Positions 17,569 through 26,016 of a stretch of 56,882 nt of DNA are shown here, in pieces; the first letter of the stretch is position 1, and the number at the start of each line of letters is the position of its first letter. Origin of the DNA: a virus. Taxonomy: Duplodnaviria; Caudoviricetes. Both the position numbers and the translations under genes were made by a program. The notes below the pieces were generated by a model. The model had not been told where the DNA came from, ran no database searches, and saw nothing but the letters and a program-made list of their open reading frames with translations. The stretch spans positions 1 through 56,882 of the IMG/VR virus record IMGVR_UViG_3300035136_000021; one strand, given 5' to 3'.

Positions 17569-17829
17569 CTTAAATTCCTTAAGAGTTTTTTTTTTACCTT
17601 CAATCAATCTAATAACTTGATTCTTTAAATGTATGTTATTTTAAATATACAGGTTCTTTGATTTGTATAGTCTTATGTCGATTTGGAACATACTGTAAAT
17701 TACAGAAATTAGGTGATGTAAAAATTTAGCATGTATATTTCCAATGTATAAAAATGGTCATAAGTATCGTTTAACACATATTACTAAACATGTTAATAAA
17801 AAACATTTGAGATATTGAACAAATACAAA

Positions 17830-18640
17830 AAATTTAGGCAAATTTTTTGCCTGTTACTAATACCTTACATTATACCGTTATAATCCTTACTATTACTAAG
17901 TTTAGAGATTTGTCAGCTAACATAAGCAGGCATTCTTTAGGCACCAATATACATATCGGTCAAAAATTAGCTACCGTCATTACTATCTTATAGAGATCAG
18001 GCATTTTAGGCATAAAATATTAAAGTCAGCTAGCCAGAAAAAACACCCTAATTTTTTTTTACATTATCAAATTATATATTTATTCGTAGAAAATGCCTAA
18101 AATACCTTAGGGTATTGTACAATAGTGATAATCAGTCTTTAAACGGGTTTTGTCATTTGCCTAAAAATGCCTGTCACCTATAGGTGACGAGGTCTGTATA
18201 CCTGTAATGACGATGGCTAGAAGGTAATTAGGTACTAAAAAAACTTAGGCAATTTTTTTGCCTAACTATGCCTAGAGTAGTCATAATCATTAATTGGGCA
18301 AGGGATCAAAAAGGTTCAAAAAAGATTTGTAAAACAATATTGATTAATAGTCAAAAAACTAATACAAAATAGTCAGGTTAAAAATTTGCCTAAAAGTATT
18401 TAAAAAAGTTAGGCAAAAAATTTGCCTAACTGTGCCTAGAGTAGTTATATCAATTGATTTAATGGGTTTTAAGATATTTTGTTTCATATAATATTGATAT
18501 TTAGAAATTAATTTTTAAATATTGATATGGGCCTTTAAAGCATGATATTACTTATTTAAAGTATTTAGTGTATAAAATATTGATTTAGAATTTAAATTCT
18601 AAATATAAGATTCTAGGCATATTTTTTTGCCTAATTTTTA
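17830..18640. repeat. Cluster of TGCCT(A/G) motifs including AGGCA-N7-TGCCT inverted pairs (iteron-like, locus A)
   Basis: Pairs at 17836, 18247, 18411 and 18615 (N8), plus tandem copies. Confidence 0.8.
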
Positions 18641-20044
18641 ATCGTGATTTTTAAAATTTTTAAATCAAAAAGATAAAATTGCTTTAAGACCTTTAGTATC
18701 AATAGATTTAAAGAATTTAAGTACTTTTTTTCAATTGTATCTAAAGATTCTATAATTTTTCGTATTTTTAATATAATCCAGTAATATCAATACCGTCAAG
18801 GTTTTATAAAAGTTAATTTAAATTAAATTAGATATATGCAAAACACTACTCGTTTTTTAATTTTTTAATATATTACGACTTTATGACATGGACATCATAG
18901 AGACATAGCGTTAGTTTAACTGTCATTCCATGTAGTGAATTGCTGACATAGATATTTAAAATAACTTTACCATATTTTGTTAATCCAATTCTTAGCTTCC
19001 TTTGAATCTTTTAGGATCTTTGACATTTTATGTATTTCCGAATATTTTACAATTTAATCTGTTTCCAATAATAGGTGATTGACATACACGAATTCAGATT
19101 ACTTTTTTACTTGATAAATTTGTAAATATAACGCCTTACCAAATGTTTTGTTTATCCACTAATAATTGGAAAAAAAAACTTCCAATTCTTGAAACGCTGA
19201 TTATTCAAAATACAAATAAAATTAGTGACACAAAATTTTCATACTAATAATGAACTTTTGTTTTTTAGAATGGCTATGTAAAATCATGTTAAAAACAACA
19301 ATTCTTAGCTTCCTTTTGATTTTAGTGACTTATAGATGTGTAAAAAATATGTTACTAAAATTTGTAGAAAAAAAAAAATACCATCGGGGGGTATGCTGGT
19401 ACGAACCATAATCACTTAAAAAAAAAATATAGTTTTTAAAACTGACAAAGTACTTTAAGACCAGTGATAGTAATGGTTCTAGAGATCATGTGTAAATAAT
19501 TACCAATTGGAAAACATGGTAATTATTTCAATCAAAAGTATACAAGACGTTCCAAATATTTCCAACGGTTTTACTGGCTTACAGCGATTTAGTTATATTT
19601 AAATATTCAAATATTCAAATATTTGAATATTTACAGTTTGAGGATACTTTTGTAATAAAAATATAGTAAATTAAGTAAATAAAAAACGACTTTTAAAATG
19701 ACAAAATATACGTACTGATATCACTAGTTTACATGTACATGGTCGTGGGAAACCTTGTTACAATCAGACATGTAAGAGCTAAAAAAACTTACTTTTTTTA
19801 ACGCACACGTTTGTTACCATATATTAGTATTGACAAATATTTTAAATATTGTATAATAAAAGGTTTGTTAAAAATTAGTTAATTTTAAAATACTATTTTA
19901 TTAAAAAGTATGATATAATGAAAAAAAATTAAAATTTGTCGTATAATAAGTTAAGATTATGTTGGACAAGGAAGCTAAGAATTATTAGAATTCTCAGCTT
20001 CCTTAAAATAATTTAAATGAAATAATAATAATACTAAAAAAAAT

Positions 20045-20060
20045 TGTTTCATGTGAAACA
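20045..20060. promoter_or_regulatory. parS: parS site (1 mismatch)
   Basis: TGTTTCATGTGAAACA vs consensus TGTTTCACGTGAAACA. Confidence 0.85.
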
Positions 20061-20070
20061 TATAGCATTT

Positions 20071-20500
20071 AGTTCCCTTAGTTCCCTTAGTTCCCTTAGT
20101 TCCCTTAGTTCCCTTAGTTCCTTTAGTTCCCTTAGTTCCCTGAGTTCCCTGAGTTCCCTTAGTTCCCTTAGTTCCCTTAGTTCCCTTAGTTCCCTTAGTT
20201 CCCTTAGTTACTTTAGTTCCCTTAGTTACTTTAGTTCCCTGAGTTCCCTTAGTTCCCTTAGTTCCCTTATTTCCCTTAGTTCCCTGAGTTTCTTTAGTTC
20301 CCTGAGTTTCTTTAGTTCCTTTAGTTCCCTGAGTTTCTTTAGTTCCCTGAGTTTCTTTAGTTCCTTTAGTTCCCTGAGTTCCCTGAGTTCCCTGAATTTA
20401 TTTAGTTCCCTTAGTTCCTTGAGTTCCCTGAGTTCCCTGAGTTTATTTAGTTCCCTTAGTTCCTTGAGTTCCTTGAGTTCCCTGAGTTTATTTAGTTCCT
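20071..20500. repeat. About 48 x 9-bp array (AGTTCCCT[T/G])n
   Basis: Read directly; CT[A/C]AGGGA on the minus strand. Confidence 0.95.
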
Positions 20501-20515
20501 TTTATCATACTATAT

Positions 20516-20544
20516 TTGACAATACGTTTGTATTTTAGTATAAT
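20516..20544 (+). promoter_or_regulatory. Consensus sigma-A promoter
   Basis: TTGACA-N11-TTTTAG-TATAAT. Confidence 0.85.
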
Positions 20545-20604
20545 ATAAACAATAAGTTAACAGATGTAATTTTCATGAAAATTCTGATACTGGGAGTGTT
20601 GATT

Positions 20605-20808
20605 ATGGATTTAAGTATTATTGAAAAAAGTATGACAAATATTAAACCAACAGAAGAACAAATTAAAAAAATTGAATCTTTACGTGAAGATTATAAAAGT
20701 TTAGCAAAATGTGTTAATGAAATATCTAAAGATAGCAGATATAAAAGTTTAGCTATTACAAGTTTAGAAGAATCGTTGATGTGGGCTGTTAAAAATATAT
20801 TGTTGTAA
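20605..20808 (+). CDS. Acb2/Tad1-hairpin family cyclic-nucleotide sponge candidate
   Basis: ATG 20605 after GGGAG; KPTEEQ...I..LR.....LA........SR..SLAIT.LEESLMWA. Confidence 0.72.
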   Translation: MDLSIIEKSMTNIKPTEEQIKKIESLREDYKSLAKCVNEISKDSRYKSLAITSLEESLMWAVKNILL

Positions 20809-20843
20809 TAAAGGAAGCTAAGAATTCTTAGCTTCCTTTATTA
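20806..20843. terminator. Perfect 38-bp palindrome with core AAGGAAGCTAAGAATTCTTAGCTTCCTT
   Basis: Same core repeated at 20901-20928 and 53313-53340. Confidence 0.75.
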
Positions 20844-20931
20844 TTAGGTGATGTTAGTTATCATACATCATGTCAAAAACATTAAATAATGTGAAGTATT
20901 AAGGAAGCTAAGAATTCTTAGCTTCCTTAGT

Positions 20932-21270
20932 ACTGAGACCTGAGGGACTGAGACCTGAGGGACTGAGACCTGAGGGACTGAGACCTGAGGGACTGAGACC
21001 TGAGGGACTGAGACCTGAGGGACTGAGACCTGAGGGACTGATGAACTTATGTGCTGATGAACTTATGTGCTGATGAACTTATGTTATGTGCTGATGGTAC
21101 TAAGGGACTAAGGGACTGAGACCTGAGGATTTATGTGCTGATGGTACTAAGGGACTAAGGGACTGAGACCTGAGGATTTATGTGCTGATGGTACTAAGGG
21201 ACTGAGGGACTGAGGGACTGAGACCTGAGGATTTATGTCCTGATGGTACTAAGGGACTGAGGGACTGATG
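20932..21270. repeat. Composite array: 7 x 15-bp ACTGAGACCTGAGGG, 16-bp units, then about 46-bp units containing CT[A/G]AGGGA
   Basis: Read directly. Confidence 0.93.
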
Positions 21271-21324
21271 ATTGTAATAAGAATGCATTTGATAACACCG
21301 ATTTATTGTAGTAGTTTTTTTAAT

Positions 21325-21340
21325 TGTTTCACGTGAAACA
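21325..21340. promoter_or_regulatory. parS: Perfect parS site
   Basis: TGTTTCACGTGAAACA. Confidence 0.92.
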
Positions 21341-21649
21341 TATAGTATTTAGGAAGCTGAGAACAAAAGTTTTTTTTAAGTTTTATATTTTTTTTTTTGT
21401 TATTTTTAATTTTTTGTAATTTTTTATTTTTTTTGATTTTTTAAAATTCTGGGAAATTATAGAAAATTTATTTTTATTTTTTCCGAGGTAGTGAAAATAA
21501 ATCTACGTAATATTTTTTCAATATACTTAAATAAATCCAAGAATTCAATAAACTTAAAGAATCAAAGAACTTAAAGAATTAATGAAATAAAAAAAAATCC
21601 AAAAACTTAAAGAATCAATGAACTAATGAACACAAGGAGAGGATTGACT

Positions 21650-22036
21650 ATGTTATCAAATACCTTTCAAATTATATTAAAGAAAATAGCCTGTAAAATG
21701 AATTTACAATTAAAAACTGTTGAAAATATTCTTAAGTATATAGAAAATATGAATATTGAAGATTATTTGTATGCAGAAAATTTAGAATCTAAATTTAAAT
21801 TAGACCAAAAAACTATTCTTAAAATATTAACTTTACTTGAAAAAGAAGATATTTTAAAAAAAGTATACAAATTATATTGTCCTAGATGTAATAATTTTAG
21901 TGATGATTCATATGAAACTCTAAAAGATTTAGAGGAATATGAGAATTGTGAAAATTGTGGTAATAAACTAATATCCAAAGATAATTTATATAAATATGTT
22001 ATTATATTTTTTGTGGTGAAAAATAATGGCAAATAA
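21650..22036 (+). CDS. Winged-helix + Zn-ribbon hypothetical protein
   Basis: AGGAGAGG RBS; L.LLEKE.IL...Y...CPRC ... CENCG. Confidence 0.6.
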   Translation: MLSNTFQIILKKIACKMNLQLKTVENILKYIENMNIEDYLYAENLESKFKLDQKTILKILTLLEKEDILKKVYKLYCPRCNNFSDDSYETLKDLEEYENCENCGNKLISKDNLYKYVIIFFVVKNNGK

Positions 22037-22166
22037 AAAAACTTTCTTTCATGAATATTATGAAAGTATGGGCAAAGATTTTTCAAAAATTTCGTTGTCA
22101 TTTAGTAAAGAAGTGAAAAGTCAAGTTAATTTAATAATTTAGAAAGGAGAATGCAAGGAGAGACTT

Positions 22167-22214
22167 AGTAGTCGCAATTCCTCTCACCACCTAAGATGTG
22201 GTAGTATCCTTGCG
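22167..22214 (+). mobile_element. IS200/IS605-like subterminal hairpin remnant
   Basis: GCAATTCCTCTCACCACCTAAGATGTGGTAGTATCCTTGCG. Confidence 0.5.
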
Positions 22215-22221
22215 AGGAGTG

Positions 22222-22647
22222 ATGAAATTAGACAAAGATATATATACAATTCCTGAAGTAGTTAGAATCTTAAGATTAAATGATAAAGAAGTGAGAGAAA
22301 TGTTAAGAAATAAAACTTTATCAGGTTTCAAGATGAATAATGGTGATTGGAGAATTAGTAAAGAAGCGATATTAATTTTTTTAAACGATAAAGAATATAA
22401 TATATTTAAAAATCTTGATGGTTATGTTATTAATATTTATCTAATACATAAAGACGTAGATTTATCTAAACTTAAAGGTAAAGATTTTACAAAATGTAAT
22501 TTAGATGATCATTTATTTTCAGATATTAAAAATAATGAAGTAAAATGTGTATTTGGCGGAGTAGAATTTATAAGGAAAGAAGAATTGAATAAATATATTG
22601 GATATACTTCAAGGAATAGAGAAGAAAACAGATATTATCAGTTATAA
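22222..22647 (+). CDS. Excisionase/MerR-like HTH (HTH_17) domain protein
   Basis: IYTIPEV..IL......V...L....L.GFK...G.WRI; start uncertain. Confidence 0.65.
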   Translation: MKLDKDIYTIPEVVRILRLNDKEVREMLRNKTLSGFKMNNGDWRISKEAILIFLNDKEYNIFKNLDGYVINIYLIHKDVDLSKLKGKDFTKCNLDDHLFSDIKNNEVKCVFGGVEFIRKEELNKYIGYTSRNREENRYYQL

Positions 22648-22957
22648 TTATGATAAAGAACTTAATATTCTAAAGACTTTAATATCTAATGATAAAAAAT
22701 TACAAGAACTTATTGAATTTTATGATAATTATATTATGGACAAATATGAAGATTTAACGACTTTGTTTTCATTTAAGAATTATGAATTGAATTTGATGTA
22801 TCTACAATCAAAAATTTATAAATACCATAGAGAAATTTATTATACTGGTATAAAAGATATTGAAAAATTTGTAATATATTATTTTGATAATTGTTATAAT
22901 AGTAATATAAATATTTATGATTATTTAAATATGATATATTTTACTATAAAATACTAA
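22598..22957 (+). CDS. Hypothetical protein
   Basis: ORF; start uncertain. Confidence 0.45.
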   Translation: MDILQGIEKKTDIISYNYDKELNILKTLISNDKKLQELIEFYDNYIMDKYEDLTTLFSFKNYELNLMYLQSKIYKYHREIYYTGIKDIEKFVIYYFDNCYNSNINIYDYLNMIYFTIKY

Positions 22958-23230
22958 CGAGACCTTAGAAAAAAAAAGACCTGAAAATATTTTAAGGTCC
23001 TTTTTTCCATTAGTATTTAAAAGCAGTATTTAAAAGTAGTCATTATGTAACTTATTTTTTTTTGAAAATCGCTAATTAAAATACTTGTTTTAATTTTTTT
23101 AAAAAATAGGGTAAAAAAGTAATTTCTTTATACTAGTTTATACATCATATGAACTAAATTAATTATAATATATAAGATTATATCTTGTCAATTTTGTTAT
23201 AATATAAATAAAAAAGGAGTACTTTATTAA

Positions 23231-23479
23231 ATGAATGCTTTAAAAATTGATGAATCTTGGTTTATTTCACTAAATAATTATGAATATTTAAATAAAAAAT
23301 TTACTATCTATAAGACTATAATGCATAAAGATACATGGTTACTTTCATGTTTAACTGAAAATATTACAGATTTTGACTTAAAAACTAATGATTTTAATGA
23401 AGCTTTTAACAAATCTATTAAAAGATTAGAAACTTTATCAAATAATGACAAAAGAAGAAGGAGATTTATAAAAAAATGA
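23231..23479 (+). CDS. Hypothetical protein
   Basis: AAGGAG RBS; coupled to the next gene. Confidence 0.55.
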   Translation: MNALKIDESWFISLNNYEYLNKKFTIYKTIMHKDTWLLSCLTENITDFDLKTNDFNEAFNKSIKRLETLSNNDKRRRRFIKK

Positions 23480-24174
23480 GTATAAATGAAAATATTTATA
23501 TGAAAATGATTAAAGAATCAAGGTATTTTATGACTATTTTACATTCAAATCAATGTGAAATATGTAAATTATCTGAAGAATTTAAGATAAAGATAAATTC
23601 AATGATTTTCAGAGATGTAAAACCTGTATTAATACAGTCTGAATTAATTAGATATTATCCGGAAAAATTTACTAAGAATGCTGATAAGATATTAGAATAT
23701 CATCAACAGTATATCAAATGTTTGATTGAAGATTTGAATATTAGGAAAATGTTCAAACATTTATCACATAAGATAAAAAGTATTAACAAATTAAATTCAA
23801 CAGATAAAGCTATATTAATTAATGAAATAGAATTAGAACTTAAAAAAGATAATGATATTTGTGATTTCAATGATCATTTGATAACTATGAAAAATAACTT
23901 ATTTAAAGAAACATTACCGTTATCATTAGCGCGGTTAAATTATGAATTAATCCATGGTATAACTGATAATATAAAAAACATTACTAATTCAGTGAATACC
24001 TTATGGAAAATGATGAATAATATACAAATAGTAGATAATATAGAAAATGGTATTGAAGATTTTGACAAAGTATCACAAGACAAAATAGTATCATTAGCCG
24101 ATAAAATAAAAGAGGCTACAAAAAAAACAATACCTGAAGAAACTGAAGAAACTGAAGAAGAAAAGAAAGGTTAA
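23476..24174 (+). CDS. Probable terminase small subunit
   Basis: Position directly upstream of TerL; helical; no diagnostic motif. Confidence 0.45.
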   Translation: MSINENIYMKMIKESRYFMTILHSNQCEICKLSEEFKIKINSMIFRDVKPVLIQSELIRYYPEKFTKNADKILEYHQQYIKCLIEDLNIRKMFKHLSHKIKSINKLNSTDKAILINEIELELKKDNDICDFNDHLITMKNNLFKETLPLSLARLNYELIHGITDNIKNITNSVNTLWKMMNNIQIVDNIENGIEDFDKVSQDKIVSLADKIKEATKKTIPEETEETEEEKKG

Positions 24175-24177
24175 ATT

Positions 24178-25710
24178 ATGGAATATCCTTATCCTACTAA
24201 ATATAATGATACATGGGAACTTGAAACCATAACCGTACGTGATATCTTTTGGCAAGCTAGTAAAAAAGAACGTATTGAACTTGCTAAAAGTAATCCATGT
24301 ATATTTGGTGAACAATATATAAAACCTTGCATTAAACAATGGATTTATAATACAGCTAAACATCAGTATTATATGCTGTATGAAGCATTGACTAATGACA
24401 ATATTGTAATTCATATCCCGATGGAACATGCAAAATCAACATGGTTCAGTTTAGTTTTACCATTGTGGTTTTTGATCAATGATCGAAACACTTATGGTTG
24501 TATATTGTCTAATACAGCAACACAAGCAACTGGATTTTTATCTGCTATAAAATGGCATATAGAACATAATGAAAAATTTAGAGAGGATTTTCCAGAAATA
24601 CGTCCTGATTATAAATCTAAATGGGCGGAAAATGAGATAAATATTATTCGAGATAAGGATAAACAAAGTAAAGATTATACCATGGTTGCAAAAGGGACAG
24701 GTAATGCTATTCTGGGAGCAAGATTTGAGTGGATTATAGCCGATGATATTTTAGATCTTGAAAATACAGCAACTGAAATCCAAAGAAATAAAGTGAGAAA
24801 ATGGTGGAATCAAACTGTAGATTCTAGAATTATAGAAGGAGGTCGAAAAATAATCATCGGGACATTGCAACATGATAAAGATTTGTTAGTTGAATTAGGT
24901 GAAAAAAAAGATATTTATAAATATATTAATTTAAAAGCATTATATAACAATAAAATTCCATTATGGGAAGAACAATGGAGTTTAAAAAGATTATTGTATA
25001 AAAAAGCTAGTATTGGAATTTTAGATTTTAACAAGACTATGCAAAATGACCGGGAATCTACACAAAATAAATCACTGGATCGTAAATGGTTAAATTATTA
25101 CGGTCCAACAGAACATTATAACTTTAAGATTCATAACCCTAATGTTAGAATATACATAGGTATAGATCCAGCGATAGCTGACGACAAGACAACTGCGGAA
25201 AAAAGACGATTAGATAAATTTGCTCTAATGGTTACTGGTTTCGATTTGACATCAAAGTTGATTTTTGTATGGGATTATTTACAAGGGTACTTTACATTTC
25301 CAGAACAGATTGAAATTATTGATAAACAATATAAAAGATATAAAGAAATTAATGTTGTAAAGGGTATAGGCATAGAACAAACTGCTTATCAAAAAGCGTT
25401 AAAACAACAGGCGTTTTTATTATCTTCACTACCTCCTATAAGAGGTGTAAATACAGGTACATCAAGTAAAGCAACAAGAATTGATAGTCTAGGCGTGTAT
25501 TTTCAGTCTAAAAGAATTTATGTCAAAAGATCTCATGATAGCTTGATAGATGAATTCGTGAGTTATGAACCAGGTGGGTTATCACCTAATTTATTAGATG
25601 CACTGTGCATTATAATAACAATGATCACAGGAGTATCTACTATATCAGATATAAAAGTACATACTAAAAATATTTTTAAAAATGAAAGGAGTTTTATAAC
25701 ACAATGGTAA
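24178..25710 (+). CDS. terL: Terminase large subunit
   Basis: HQ adenine motif, P.EHAKST Walker A, IIADD Walker B, IIGT coupling motif, IGIDPA nuclease. Confidence 0.92.
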   Translation: MEYPYPTKYNDTWELETITVRDIFWQASKKERIELAKSNPCIFGEQYIKPCIKQWIYNTAKHQYYMLYEALTNDNIVIHIPMEHAKSTWFSLVLPLWFLINDRNTYGCILSNTATQATGFLSAIKWHIEHNEKFREDFPEIRPDYKSKWAENEINIIRDKDKQSKDYTMVAKGTGNAILGARFEWIIADDILDLENTATEIQRNKVRKWWNQTVDSRIIEGGRKIIIGTLQHDKDLLVELGEKKDIYKYINLKALYNNKIPLWEEQWSLKRLLYKKASIGILDFNKTMQNDRESTQNKSLDRKWLNYYGPTEHYNFKIHNPNVRIYIGIDPAIADDKTTAEKRRLDKFALMVTGFDLTSKLIFVWDYLQGYFTFPEQIEIIDKQYKRYKEINVVKGIGIEQTAYQKALKQQAFLLSSLPPIRGVNTGTSSKATRIDSLGVYFQSKRIYVKRSHDSLIDEFVSYEPGGLSPNLLDALCIIITMITGVSTISDIKVHTKNIFKNERSFITQW

Positions 25711-26000
25711 AATTAAACAAAATACAACTTAAAGAAATTATAGATTTAGGTAGAGGAATTGAAAATTTAGAAAAAATTAAAGAAATAACGAAGTATCAAA
25801 AAAATGGCGTTGAATTAACTGAAATGTATAAAAATATTAGAGAACAATTGAGTCAAGAAATGTTGAATATTTATTATCAAGAATCTAAAGATGCTTTAGA
25901 ATCTAAAGAATCTAAAGAATCTAAAGAATCTAAAATACCTAAAGAATCTAAAATACCTAAAGAAAGAAAGAAACCAGGTAGACCAAAAACTAATGAATAG
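25704..26000 (+). CDS. Hypothetical protein with ESK repeats and an AT-hook-like KKPGRPK tail
   Basis: Translation. Confidence 0.6.
   Translation: MVKLNKIQLKEIIDLGRGIENLEKIKEITKYQKNGVELTEMYKNIREQLSQEMLNIYYQESKDALESKESKESKESKIPKESKIPKERKKPGRPKTNE
25881..25964. repeat. 9-bp coding microsatellite (GAATCTAAA)n, encoding ESK
   Basis: Same unit as the reverse complement of the 11977-12069 repeat. Confidence 0.9.
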
Positions 26001-26016
26001 AAAGGATATAAAATAA

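Noticed and set aside
20044-20538. 164-aa Ser/Leu-rich ORF starting MFHVKH
   Set aside because: MFHVKH is the translation of parS and the rest is the 9-bp array; no RBS
20932-21230. Repeated GAGACC (BsaI) and CCTGAGG sites as synthetic DNA or restriction decoys
   Set aside because: Natural-looking degenerate repeat context; the shared CTNAGGGA octamer explains it more simply
22222-22647. IS607 serine transposase or integration module
   Set aside because: Only the N-terminal HTH matches; no YARVS catalytic motif and no recombinase recognised elsewhere
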